Notes under the pieces: model-generated
Told to the model about the DNA's origin: nothing
Databases searched by the model: none
What the model saw: only the letters and a program-made list of their open reading frames with translations
Assembly (NCBI GenBank): GCA_043819555.1
Contig: JBDREQ010000003.1
Coordinates: forward strand, 32,001 to 96,000
Direction of reading: 5' to 3'
Origin: Candidatus Zixiibacteriota bacterium
GTDB taxonomy: Bacteria; Zixibacteria; MSB-5A5; GN15; JAAZOE01
DNA: 64,000 bases
In this document: in pieces, positions 1 to 9,875 of the stretch
Position numbering within the stretch: position 1 is the stretch's first letter
Layout of the letters: every line of letters starts with the position of its first letter
Translations under genes and position numbers: made by a program

Positions 1-456
1 GCCCATGGATTTTTGTATCGTGCCGGACCTTTGAAATTGACCATTTTCCCATATAAAGTCCAATTTAAAACTCTGCGTTCTCATTTGATATTGCCGGAAC
101 CGCTCTCACGAGATTTTATGACAGCGAAAAGACAAGTTTACGGAGCTATTCGAGACGCACGCGTATTTATGTCAAATTATCGGTGGGGCGACGCCAGCAA
201 TTTTAGATTTGATATTTCAAATGGCACAGAATTGGTGACGATAGGAGGCACAATTCATATCGACGATAATACTAAGGTAAAGATATCGGTCCCTACTAAA
301 AACAAGATAAGGATTATTCATGACGGCAATTGTATATTTGAATCTCAATCGCGAGAAATAGAATTAAATATAAGCGAAGCTGGCACGTATCGGGTGGAAG
401 TTTATCGCAGCCGCAAAGGCTGGATATTTACCAATCACATCAGGGTAATTTCTTAG
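1..456 (+). CDS. PHP-like (CehA/McbA-type) metallohydrolase, C-terminal part; 5' end lies outside the window
   Basis: Frame open from base 1 (AHGFLYR..., fitting a PHP 'DAH' motif); C-terminal 'G.YRVEV....WIFTNHI' is typical of this family. Confidence 0.55.
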   Translation, partial: AHGFLYRAGPLKLTIFPYKVQFKTLRSHLILPEPLSRDFMTAKRQVYGAIRDARVFMSNYRWGDASNFRFDISNGTELVTIGGTIHIDDNTKVKISVPTKNKIRIIHDGNCIFESQSREIELNISEAGTYRVEVYRSRKGWIFTNHIRVIS

Positions 457-594
457 CCTCTGGCATCTTATTTTATAACCCAGGATCATTGTTTGGTTGT
501 CCTAACGTATTGCAAATGATATGATTATAATAAGGGCCAATCGACCTGCGAAAATTGCGCCTGAGTTGCCATACTCAATAAATCTAAATATTTA

Positions 595-623
595 TTGACA
601 CAATTGGGTATTGTTATTACTAT
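595..623 (+). promoter_or_regulatory. sigma70-type promoter of the nuo operon
   Basis: TTGACA (595-600), 17 bp spacer, TACTAT (618-623), about 25 bp upstream of nuoA. Confidence 0.7.
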
Positions 624-651
624 GGCGGTCAACTATTTGGGACGGATGCAA

Positions 652-1008
652 ATGTTTGAAATATTCTACCCGATACTGGTTTTAGTTCTTCTGGCAAGCG
701 GTGCGGCAGCGGCCATGTTTGTTTTGTCGATTATTGTCGGCAAAAGAACCAAAGGTGAAACCAAGTCTGAGCCGTATGAAAGTGGAATTGCACCGACCGG
801 CGATACCAAAGAGAGATTTTCCATAAAATTCTATATGATTGCCATTCTCTTCATCGTTTTTGATCTGGAAGTGGTATTTTTATATCCCTGGGCAGTAATC
901 TACAATGAATTAGCATTGTTTGGGCTAATAGAAATGGCAGTTTTTATCGCGATTCTGCTGGTTGGCTATATTTATGTTTTAAGAGCGGGAGCTTTGAAGT
1001 GGGATTAG
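652..1008 (+). CDS. nuoA: NADH-quinone oxidoreductase subunit A (start 646 or 652)
   Basis: PYESG and [15 protein letters not shown] motifs; first gene of the operon. Confidence 0.95.
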   Translation: MFEIFYPILVLVLLASGAAAAMFVLSIIVGKRTKGETKSEPYESGIAPTGDTKERFSIKFYMIAILFIVFDLEVVFLYPWAVIYNELALFGLIEMAVFIAILLVGYIYVLRAGALKWD

Positions 1009-1487
1009 AAGAAAAAATCCCGGATGGGGTCATTCTATCCACCGTTGATTTCTTTGTCAACTGGTCGCGCAAATCGTCGATGTGGCCCTTTGGTTTCGGA
1101 CTGGCCTGTTGCGCGATAGAAATGATTTCGACCTTCGCTTCTCATTATGATCTCTCTCGTTTCGGAATGGAAGTAATGCGGCCATCGCCGCGTCAAGCCG
1201 ATTTGATGATTGTCGCGGGACGGGTTTCCAATAAAATGGCTCCGGTTATTAAACGGCTTTACGAACAGATGCCTAATCCCAAATGGGTCATTTCTATGGG
1301 AGCCTGCGCTTCGTGCGGCGGAGTTTTTAATAATTATGCGATATTGCAGGGTGTTGATCGGATAATTCCGGTTGATATTTACATCCCCGGATGTCCGCCG
1401 CGACCCGAACAACTGATTGACGGTATTATGAAGCTGCATCAGAAGGTAATGAAAGAGTCGCTGAAAGATAAAAAAGGAGCGGCCTGA
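999..1487 (+). CDS. nuoB: NADH-quinone oxidoreductase subunit B
   Basis: [15 protein letters not shown] and PGCPPRPE motifs. Confidence 0.97.
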   Translation: MGLEEKIPDGVILSTVDFFVNWSRKSSMWPFGFGLACCAIEMISTFASHYDLSRFGMEVMRPSPRQADLMIVAGRVSNKMAPVIKRLYEQMPNPKWVISMGACASCGGVFNNYAILQGVDRIIPVDIYIPGCPPRPEQLIDGIMKLHQKVMKESLKDKKGAA

Positions 1488-1524
1488 AATTAAAAAGGCC
1501 ACTTTATTTCTTGAATAGATTAGA

Positions 1525-2058
1525 ATGAATCAGGAAAAGCTGACAATTAAAGAACAGGAAGTGCTGAACGCGCTCAAAGATCAGTTCGGTGATGTCGTAT
1601 CCGGGCATGATAAGATTCGCGATCAACTATCGATATTTGTTGACAGCAGCCTGATATTCAATATCGCCCAGTTTCTAAAAGATAATGAAAAATGCGGATT
1701 TGAGATCATTTCCGATATTTGCGGGGTTGACTGGATCGACTGCCCGGAAATGCGATTCGAAATCGTTTATGTCTTTTACTCTGTTCGAAACAGTACGCGG
1801 ATATTAATTCGTACGACAATACCGGATGAGGAAGAACCAAAGATTCTATCGATACAGCCGGTTTATCCCGGTGCGGATTGGCTGGAGCGGGAAGTTTATG
1901 ATATGCTGGGTATCGTCTTTGAAGGACACCCCGATCTCAGGCGGATTATAACGCCTGAAGGATTGGAAGGCTGGCCGCATCGCAAAGATTTTCCATTGAC
2001 TTATGAAATGCCTCAATTCAGTCATAATAAAAATAAACCGCCGGAGATTATTAAATGA
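1525..2058 (+). CDS. nuoC: NADH-quinone oxidoreductase subunit C
   Basis: ADWLEREVYDMLGI.FEGHPDLRRI; P.RKDFPL. Confidence 0.95.
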   Translation: MNQEKLTIKEQEVLNALKDQFGDVVSGHDKIRDQLSIFVDSSLIFNIAQFLKDNEKCGFEIISDICGVDWIDCPEMRFEIVYVFYSVRNSTRILIRTTIPDEEEPKILSIQPVYPGADWLEREVYDMLGIVFEGHPDLRRIITPEGLEGWPHRKDFPLTYEMPQFSHNKNKPPEIIK

Positions 2059-3236
2059 GCGCCGTCGCTTCTGAAAAAACGATGACGATTAATCTCGGGC
2101 CGCAACACCCCGCGACTCATGGCGTTCTGCGCGTTGTCCTTGAAATCGACGGTGAAACAATCATTAAGGCGACGCCTCATCTTGGATATCTGCATACCGG
2201 AATTGAGAAAACGGCTGAAAGCAAGCTTTATTATAAAGTAATCCCGATGACCGACCGCATGGATTATCTGTCACCAATGTCAAATAATCTTGGCTATGTT
2301 CTGGCGATCGAAAAGCTTTTGGGTATTGAAGTTCCGGAAAAAGTTAAATTTGCCCGAGTTCTCCTTTCGGAAATAACCCGGCTCAATAGCCATATTGTAT
2401 GGCTCGGCACACATGCTCTTGATGTCGGAGCCATGTCGATGCTGCTTTATACTTTTCGTGAACGCGAACTTATTATGGATGTATATGAAGCGGTATCCGG
2501 ACAGCGCATGATGTCGACGTATTTCCGTGTTGGAGGTCTGGCGCACGATTTACCTCTTGATTTTGACGAAAAGATCAAGAAAATCCTGAAAGTATTCCCG
2601 GAAAAACTTAAAGATTATGAGAGGCTTCTTTCGAACAACCGAATTTGGATTAAAAGATTAAGCGGAATTGGTACTCTAACGGCAGAAGAAGCTCTTGATT
2701 TATCCCTGACAGGACCGCTTTTGCGTTCGACCGGGGTTAATTATGATATCCGTAAGGCTCAGCCGTATTCAGGTTATGAAAAATTTGATTTTGATGTTCC
2801 CTTGGGCAAAACCGGTGATTGTTATGACCGTTATTTAATCCGGATGGAGGAAATGCGGCAATCGTTGAAGATTATCAAGCAGGCTCTGGATGGTATGCCT
2901 GAGGGGTCCTACCAGGCTGATGTTCCGGGTGTAGTATTGCCTCCCAAGCCAAAAGTTCTGACGGAAATGGAAGCCCTGATTTATCATTTCAAAATAATCA
3001 CAGAGGGCTTTAAGGTTCCGGCCGGTTCTTATTATCAGGCGATTGAGGCGCCCAAGGGTGAATTAGGCTATTATATGGTCTCTGACGGTTCGGCCAAACC
3101 GTATCGGATGCGAGTGCGTCCGCCATCGTTTATTAATTTGCAGGCTTTGGAACCGATGGTCCGAGGGGCTCTAATCGCTGACGTCATAACCTGTATTGGT
3201 TCGATAGATATTGTTCTGGGTGAGGTTGATCGATGA
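2055..3236 (+). CDS. nuoD: NADH-quinone oxidoreductase subunit D
   Basis: NLGPQHPATHGVLR at the N-terminus; GEVDR at the C-terminus. Confidence 0.97.
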   Translation: MSAVASEKTMTINLGPQHPATHGVLRVVLEIDGETIIKATPHLGYLHTGIEKTAESKLYYKVIPMTDRMDYLSPMSNNLGYVLAIEKLLGIEVPEKVKFARVLLSEITRLNSHIVWLGTHALDVGAMSMLLYTFRERELIMDVYEAVSGQRMMSTYFRVGGLAHDLPLDFDEKIKKILKVFPEKLKDYERLLSNNRIWIKRLSGIGTLTAEEALDLSLTGPLLRSTGVNYDIRKAQPYSGYEKFDFDVPLGKTGDCYDRYLIRMEEMRQSLKIIKQALDGMPEGSYQADVPGVVLPPKPKVLTEMEALIYHFKIITEGFKVPAGSYYQAIEAPKGELGYYMVSDGSAKPYRMRVRPPSFINLQALEPMVRGALIADVITCIGSIDIVLGEVDR

Positions 3237-3724
3237 TATTGAAAGATACCACCATTCAGGAAATGAAGAAGCGCATGGAGCGTTACCCATCGCGCCGTTC
3301 AGCTATTTTGCCGGCCCTGACGGCGGCCTATAAGCAAACCGGGCATCTCAACGAAGAAATATATCGAGAGATTTCAAGGGCGATACAGGTTCCTTATGTT
3401 GAAATCGCTGAAGCGGCGACGTTTTATACCATGTTTCCCAAGAAGGAAGTTGGCCGGTATTTAATACATGTATGTCATAATATCTCCTGCTCACTGCGGG
3501 GAGCCGATAATATGCTTGAATATCTGCAGGAAAAGCTTGGAATTGGCATGGGCGATACCACCCCGGATAAAATGTTCACTCTGATTTCGGTTGAATGTCT
3601 GGGAGGATGTTCGGCGGCTCCAATGATGCAGATATGGGATACTTATTATGAAAATTTGACGCGCGATAAGATTGATAAGATTTTAACCGATTTGCGGGCT
3701 CATGCGGAAAAGGACAGTGTTTGA
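3233..3724 (+). CDS. nuoE: NADH-quinone oxidoreductase subunit E
   Basis: CHNISC and ECLGGC..AP 2Fe-2S ligands. Confidence 0.95.
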   Translation: MILKDTTIQEMKKRMERYPSRRSAILPALTAAYKQTGHLNEEIYREISRAIQVPYVEIAEAATFYTMFPKKEVGRYLIHVCHNISCSLRGADNMLEYLQEKLGIGMGDTTPDKMFTLISVECLGGCSAAPMMQIWDTYYENLTRDKIDKILTDLRAHAEKDSV

Positions 3725-3725
3725 T

Positions 3726-5006
3726 ATGGAAAAAGTCCTTTTCAAATATATCGATGAACCGGAACAGTGCTGTATTGACAATTACATCAAGAATGGCGGT
3801 TATCGGGCAATTCAGAAGGTGTTCAAAGAGTTTACTCGTGAGAAAGTCATCGAAACGACCAAGCAATCGGGAGTACGGGGAAGAGGCGGGGCCGGATTTC
3901 CGGCCGGTCTTAAATGGGGTTTTGTACCTCAAAATACCGGAAAGCCGATTTATCTGTGCTGCAATGCCGATGAGTCGGAACCGGGAACCTGCAAAGACCG
4001 GGTGTTGATGGAACGAGATCCGCATATGATTATCGAAGGAATTATGATCGCATCGTTTGCCATCAATTGCCATCAGGCCTTTATTTATATCCGGGGCGAA
4101 TTTGTCTATCCTGCCCAGCGTGTTGAACAGGCAGTTGATGAAGCGTACAAGAAGGGATATCTCGGCAGGAATATTTTTGGTTCCGGTTATAATTTGGATA
4201 TTGTCGTACATACCGGAGGCGGGGCATATATTTGCGGTGAAGAAACTTCTTTATTGTCCTCGCTCGAAGGCAGGCGCGGCAATTCGCGTATCCGTCCCCC
4301 ATTTCCGGCCGTCAAAGGACTATATGGCTGTCCGACGGTTGTTAATAACGTCGAAACGCTGGCCAGTTTACCAAGCATTTTTAACAACGGCGTGGAATGG
4401 TATCGTTCGCATGGGACGGAAAAATCTCCGGGGACCAAAATATTTTCATTATCGGGAAACGTTAATCGACCGGGCAACTATGAAGTCGATCTGGGAACGC
4501 CTTTGTCTTATGTCATAAACGATCTGGGCGGCGGTATTCAGGATGGTCACAAGCTCAAAGCAATTATACCGGGCGGATCATCGACGCCTCTTTTGATGCC
4601 AGATCAGATAGATACGCCTCTTGATTATGAATCGATGGCCGAGGCCGGCTCGATGCTTGGCTCCGGTGCCATAATTGTCATCGACGAGCGAGCATGCATG
4701 GTTTGGGTAGCGATGAAGTTGATTAATTTCTATGCCCATGAATCATGTGGCCGGTGCACGCCTTGCCGAGAGGGTACGGCGTGGTTAAAACAAATTATTA
4801 ATCGCATCGAAAACGGCGATGGCCGTACCGGCGATATTGAACTGATCCTGGATATTTGCGACAATATTATTGGCCGGACGATTTGTCCTCTGGGGGATGC
4901 GGCGGTGATGCCAACCAGATCTATAATCGAGCATTTTCGGTATGAGTTTGAATATCACATAGAGCACAAAAACTGTAAAGTGAAAACGGATTATCCGTTT
5001 GTGTAA
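3726..5006 (+). CDS. nuoF: NADH-quinone oxidoreductase subunit F
   Basis: GRGGAGFP, GAYICGEET and ESCGRCTPCREG motifs. Confidence 0.97.
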   Translation: MEKVLFKYIDEPEQCCIDNYIKNGGYRAIQKVFKEFTREKVIETTKQSGVRGRGGAGFPAGLKWGFVPQNTGKPIYLCCNADESEPGTCKDRVLMERDPHMIIEGIMIASFAINCHQAFIYIRGEFVYPAQRVEQAVDEAYKKGYLGRNIFGSGYNLDIVVHTGGGAYICGEETSLLSSLEGRRGNSRIRPPFPAVKGLYGCPTVVNNVETLASLPSIFNNGVEWYRSHGTEKSPGTKIFSLSGNVNRPGNYEVDLGTPLSYVINDLGGGIQDGHKLKAIIPGGSSTPLLMPDQIDTPLDYESMAEAGSMLGSGAIIVIDERACMVWVAMKLINFYAHESCGRCTPCREGTAWLKQIINRIENGDGRTGDIELILDICDNIIGRTICPLGDAAVMPTRSIIEHFRYEFEYHIEHKNCKVKTDYPFV

Positions 5007-5011
5007 ATAAA

Positions 5012-7567
5012 ATGGCTGGAAACGGAAACAACAACCAGATAACTTTTATCCTTGATGGCCGGCAGGTGACGGTCGCCAAGGGTACGACGATTCTTGAGGC
5101 GGCCCGGCAGGTTGGAGTCGATATTCCCTACTTTTGCTGGCATCCCAAGCTTGATTCAATCGGCGCTTGCCGGATGTGTTTGGTTTCCGTGGAAAAATCC
5201 CCCAAACCGGCAGTGGCCTGCGCGACCGAGGTAATGCCGGATATGATTGTCCGCACCGATACCGAAGAAATTATTAAGGCTCGCCGCGGCGTTTTGGAAT
5301 TTTTGCTTCTTAATCATCCTCTTGATTGTCCCACCTGCGATAAAGGCGGCGAGTGCGATCTTCAGGATAATGTTTTTCGATATGGCGCCGATAAATCACG
5401 CCAGACATTTACTCGTCTTCGCGTTCGTGATGACAGGACGATGCCGACTTTTGATGATAAGCGGATCGGTCCGGAAATCATCCGCAATATGGATCGCTGC
5501 GTTACTTGTTATAAATGCGTTCGTTTTAATAAGGAAATCGCCGGTGAATACGATCTCGGTTCTTATGAACGAGGCCATCATACGGTTATCGATACACCGC
5601 CGGGTGAGCAGATAGATAATTTTTATTCGGGGAATGTGGTTGAGATCTGTCCGGTGGGAGCTTTGACCAATACCGATTGGCGATATAAAGTCAGGGTATG
5701 GAAGACCGAACAGGCTGATTCAATTTGCAGTCACGACGCGGATGGTCAGAATATCAAACTATGGTATGATCATCGTCAGCTTTTCCGGGCTACATCAAGG
5801 CGCAATGATGACGTCGATGAAGGCTGGATTTGCAATGTGGCTCGGTACGGCTATCAATATATCAATAGCCCCGATCGCTTGAAAAAACCGATGATAAAAA
5901 AAGAGGGCAAGCAGGTTGAGGCATCGTGGGATGAGGCGATCGGTCTTATTGCGCGGCGGTTTAAGGAGATTAAAGAATCTAAAGGCAGCGTTTGCATTGC
6001 CGGATTAATAGGCGGAAACCAATCAAATGAAACCTGTTATCTCTTCAATAAATTTTTACGCGGAAAATTGCATTCCAACTCTATCGATTACCGGCTCGAA
6101 TATGCGGAATTGAAACATGACGATGAAAATGAAGCCTATGATAGTTTATTTTGCGCTCCTTGCAAGATAGCTGATTTGGAATCAGCCGATACGGTATTTG
6201 TTTTCGCAAGTAATTTTATTAAAGAGCATCCGGCTGTCAATCTGCGATTACGCAAGGCATATCGAACTGGAGGCGCAAAAGTATATACCGCTAACCCCTA
6301 TGAGACAAAATCGGCCGATATCTCCATTGATGAGTTGATCTATAATCCGGATATGGAAACGGTTTTTCTGGTGGCTGTAATCCACGCCTTAATAGACAAT
6401 AAGCTATGCAAAGGCATCGGCAATGAAAAAGCCGCGGAAATTAAAAATATGCTTGCCCCTGCAACATTGGGCGAAGCGGCAAATTTATGCGGAATCGAAG
6501 AAGTCAGAATTGTGAATCTGGCGCGGGCGCTTTCTGAAGCTGAAAATCTGTTTATTTTGGGTGGAGATTTTATTGCTCGATCTCCCAAACGGCATCGTAT
6601 TGCCAACGCCTTGAATAATCTGGCCAACTTATTGGGCGTTAGCGATCAAAAGGCGGCGATATTGGCATCAAATGCAAATTCAATGGGAGCCGCACGTTTG
6701 GGATTGCGTCCCAATATCCCCAAATCACTGGCAAATCTACTGGCCCAAAAATGGGGTCAAAAAATACCTGATTCTGATGGAGCCAACACATCTCAAATAT
6801 TCAAACGAGCCTTAGATGAGGAAATTGACGCGATATTTATAATGGGCGCCAATCCGGCAATGCGATATCCCGACGGTAATTTCGTCAACGCGGCTTTGGA
6901 TAAGCTTGATTTTCTGGTTGTCGCCGATTTGTTCGAGACAGCGACAAGCGCCAAAGCAGACGTGGTTTTACCATTGGCGGGCTGGTCGGAACAGGACGGA
7001 TCATATCTAAATCTCGAAGGCAGATATCAAAAGTTCTGTCAGGCTTTGGAGCCCGGGCATGGAATCAAAACCGGAGTTGAGATAATCAGGCTGATTGCCC
7101 GCGCCATGGATATGGAACTTGGTCTGGATAATGATGATGAATTGCAATCTGAAGCTCTTGAAATTATCAATGGTTATCAGCGCACGTCTCGAGATATAAA
7201 TGAATTTTACGCGGTTGAACAGCATCAAATACAGGAGCATGGGAAATATCCTTATCGGTTATATGTCGGCAATGATTTGCATCATTTTGGACATTATACT
7301 GAGCATTGCCCTTCGCTGATGCGATTTACATCCGAGCCTTATTTGGAAATATCTCCCAACCTGGCTGAGAGGTTGGGCATTGAAGAAGGCTCACTGGTTA
7401 GAGTTGAATCATCATCCGGGAAATTGGTATTGAAAGCGCATTTATCCGAGCATTTTGAAGGCGAAGTGTTGTTTATCCCGAATAATTTTGCCGCAACCGA
7501 AGTTAATATGTTGATGTCCAAAGAAAACGGCGGTTGGGCAAAAATAGAAAAACTGGACGATAAGTAA
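5012..7567 (+). CDS. nuoG: NADH-quinone oxidoreductase subunit G
   Basis: GACRMC, NHPLDCPTCDKGGECDLQD and CVTCYKC motifs; molybdopterin-oxidoreductase-like C-terminus. Confidence 0.95.
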   Translation: MAGNGNNNQITFILDGRQVTVAKGTTILEAARQVGVDIPYFCWHPKLDSIGACRMCLVSVEKSPKPAVACATEVMPDMIVRTDTEEIIKARRGVLEFLLLNHPLDCPTCDKGGECDLQDNVFRYGADKSRQTFTRLRVRDDRTMPTFDDKRIGPEIIRNMDRCVTCYKCVRFNKEIAGEYDLGSYERGHHTVIDTPPGEQIDNFYSGNVVEICPVGALTNTDWRYKVRVWKTEQADSICSHDADGQNIKLWYDHRQLFRATSRRNDDVDEGWICNVARYGYQYINSPDRLKKPMIKKEGKQVEASWDEAIGLIARRFKEIKESKGSVCIAGLIGGNQSNETCYLFNKFLRGKLHSNSIDYRLEYAELKHDDENEAYDSLFCAPCKIADLESADTVFVFASNFIKEHPAVNLRLRKAYRTGGAKVYTANPYETKSADISIDELIYNPDMETVFLVAVIHALIDNKLCKGIGNEKAAEIKNMLAPATLGEAANLCGIEEVRIVNLARALSEAENLFILGGDFIARSPKRHRIANALNNLANLLGVSDQKAAILASNANSMGAARLGLRPNIPKSLANLLAQKWGQKIPDSDGANTSQIFKRALDEEIDAIFIMGANPAMRYPDGNFVNAALDKLDFLVVADLFETATSAKADVVLPLAGWSEQDGSYLNLEGRYQKFCQALEPGHGIKTGVEIIRLIARAMDMELGLDNDDELQSEALEIINGYQRTSRDINEFYAVEQHQIQEHGKYPYRLYVGNDLHHFGHYTEHCPSLMRFTSEPYLEISPNLAERLGIEEGSLVRVESSSGKLVLKAHLSEHFEGEVLFIPNNFAATEVNMLMSKENGGWAKIEKLDDK

Positions 7568-8559
7568 TGGCTGATTTAACGTTTGCAGCTATAATAACCG
7601 CCAAAGTGATTGTGATATTCTTAGCTGTTTTGACAGGTGTCGCTTACTCCACCTGGCTGGAACGCAAACTGCTTGGCCATATTCAGCATCGTATGGGTCC
7701 GACTTATGTAGGGCCGTTCGGTCTTTTGCAGCCGCTGGCAGACGGATTAAAACTCCTATTTAAAGAAGATTTGGTGCTAAGCCGGGCGGAACGGATGATA
7801 CATGCCATCGCGCCTCTTATCGCATTTGTCCCGGGATTCCTGGCTTTTGCCGTGGTTCCAATCGGGGAACCAATCGAACTGTTTGGATATACTATTCCGC
7901 TTACAATTTCGGATTTAAATATTGGCATTCTATTTATTTTAGCGACGACGTCTCTTGGAGTTTATGGAATCGCCCTTGGGGGCTGGGCATCCGGCTCGAA
8001 ATACTCGCTTTTGGGAGGAATTCGTTCCTCGGCCCAGATGATTTCTTATGAAGTTTCATATGGACTGGCATTAGTTCCAATATTAATGATGGCCGGGACT
8101 TTTTCTTTAAAAGAAATTGTTGCCCAACAGGCATCGGTCTGGGATTGGTATGTATTTAAAAATCCGGTGGCCTTTTTGATTTTCTGGATTTGCGCCATCG
8201 CGGAAACAAATCGAGCGCCATTTGATATGGCCGAAGCGGAATCGGAGTTGGTCGGCGGGTATCATACCGAATATTCATCGATGCGTTTTTCGATGTTCTT
8301 TATTGGTGAATATGCCAATATGTTGACAGCCTCGGCGGTAGTGGTTACTCTATTCTTTGGCGGATGGAATGGACCGTTTTGGCCGGGTCCGTGGTGGCTG
8401 GCAGCCAAGATAGTTTTCTTCATGGCGATGTATATCTGGATTCGCGCAACATTCCCGCGCGTTCGTTATGATCAACTGATGAAAATGGGCTGGAAAGTGT
8501 TTTTCCCCATTGCCCTTTTAAACGTCCTGGTAACGGGAATAGTAATGTATTTGTGGTAA
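7567..8559 (+). CDS. nuoH: NADH-quinone oxidoreductase subunit H
   Basis: GPFGLLQPLADGLKL; AETNRAPFD.AEAESEL. Confidence 0.97.
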   Translation: MADLTFAAIITAKVIVIFLAVLTGVAYSTWLERKLLGHIQHRMGPTYVGPFGLLQPLADGLKLLFKEDLVLSRAERMIHAIAPLIAFVPGFLAFAVVPIGEPIELFGYTIPLTISDLNIGILFILATTSLGVYGIALGGWASGSKYSLLGGIRSSAQMISYEVSYGLALVPILMMAGTFSLKEIVAQQASVWDWYVFKNPVAFLIFWICAIAETNRAPFDMAEAESELVGGYHTEYSSMRFSMFFIGEYANMLTASAVVVTLFFGGWNGPFWPGPWWLAAKIVFFMAMYIWIRATFPRVRYDQLMKMGWKVFFPIALLNVLVTGIVMYLW

Positions 8560-8560
8560 T

Positions 8561-9049
8561 ATGTGGCGATTATTTATTGACATAATCAAAACAACGGTCT
8601 TTGCTTTGCCGGTGGGGATGTATACATCCATTAAACACTTGTTTAAAAAACCGGTTACCAGGAAATATCCCCGTGAGAAAATGGAGATGGCTCCGCGCTA
8701 CCGGGGATTACATTATTTGGAAAGATATGATGATGGCACCGAACGCTGTGTTTGTTGCGGTCTATGTGCTGCGGCCTGCCCGGCCGACGCGATTTATATG
8801 GAACCGGACGAAAACGAAAAGGGCGAGCGGCTTGCCAAAGTCTATGAGATAAATATCATCCGGTGTATTTTTTGCGGATTTTGCGAAGAGGCTTGCCCCG
8901 AGGAAGCGATTTTCCTCGGACATGAATATGAGCTTGCGGATGACCAGCGCGATAAGTTTATTAGGAGCAAGGATGATATGCTGGTCGAGTATCCTCGCAA
9001 AGATCGGCCGTATAAAACGATTCATCGGCGGGTCCGGAAGCATTATTAA
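8561..9049 (+). CDS. nuoI: NADH-quinone oxidoreductase subunit I
   Basis: Two CxxCxxCxxxCP ferredoxin motifs. Confidence 0.96.
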   Translation: MWRLFIDIIKTTVFALPVGMYTSIKHLFKKPVTRKYPREKMEMAPRYRGLHYLERYDDGTERCVCCGLCAAACPADAIYMEPDENEKGERLAKVYEINIIRCIFCGFCEEACPEEAIFLGHEYELADDQRDKFIRSKDDMLVEYPRKDRPYKTIHRRVRKHY

Positions 9050-9070
9050 ATTGGATTTGGAGGTTAGTCT

Positions 9071-9574
9071 GTGACAGTAGAAATGATTGTATTCGCGGCC
9101 GCGGCGATTGTTGCCCTGGCTTCGGCAGTCATGGTCATTACGGTACGGAATCCGGTCGGTTCGGTATTGTATTTGATACTGTCGCTTTTGGCTCAGTCGG
9201 TTTTATATGTTCAATTGTCGGGCCTGTTCATCGCAGCATTTCTGGTGCTCGTTTATGGCGGAGCTATTCTGGTTTTATTCCTTTTTGTTATCATGCTTCT
9301 CAATATCAAATATGCTGATCTGGGACCGGATAGTTATCCGGGAATTAAACCGATGGCCTGGGTATTCGGGGCGGTTTTGCTGGCAGAGATGGTCTGGGTG
9401 TCGATGGGTGTTTCGACTGGCATACCGGCTACCAATGGAGATTTTGGATCGGTTCCGGAAGTAGCTCGGCTTCTCTATGGTAAGTTTGTTTTTCCTTTTG
9501 AATTGACATCAGTATTGTTATTGGCGGCGATTGTCGGCGCGGTTATTATGGCCAAAAAGGAGCTTTCGCGATGA
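9071..9574 (+). CDS. nuoJ: NADH-quinone oxidoreductase subunit J
   Basis: VY.GAILVLFLFVIMLL; PFELTS.LLL. Confidence 0.95.
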   Translation: MTVEMIVFAAAAIVALASAVMVITVRNPVGSVLYLILSLLAQSVLYVQLSGLFIAAFLVLVYGGAILVLFLFVIMLLNIKYADLGPDSYPGIKPMAWVFGAVLLAEMVWVSMGVSTGIPATNGDFGSVPEVARLLYGKFVFPFELTSVLLLAAIVGAVIMAKKELSR

Positions 9575-9873
9575 TACCGCTTGATTATTATATAATACTT
9601 TCCGCCTTTCTGTTTGCGACAGGTGTGATTGGCGTGGTTATTTCTCGAAATATGATTGTCATGTTCATGTCGATTGAGATTATGCTTAACGCCGGTAATC
9701 TGGCAATGATGGCTTTCTCAAGATATCTGCAAAATATGGACGGCCATGTATTTGTTTTTTTGGTGATGGCGGTTGCGGCGGCTGAAGCCGCTGTCGGGCT
9801 GGCGATTATTATTGCCGTGTTCCGAAATCGTGAATCGGTGAATTCCGATTCGCTTAATTTAATGAAATGGTAA
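9571..9873 (+). CDS. nuoK: NADH-quinone oxidoreductase subunit K
   Basis: MSIEIMLNA; VAAAEAAVGLA. Confidence 0.96.
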   Translation: MIPLDYYIILSAFLFATGVIGVVISRNMIVMFMSIEIMLNAGNLAMMAFSRYLQNMDGHVFVFLVMAVAAAEAAVGLAIIIAVFRNRESVNSDSLNLMKW

Positions 9874-9875
9874 AT

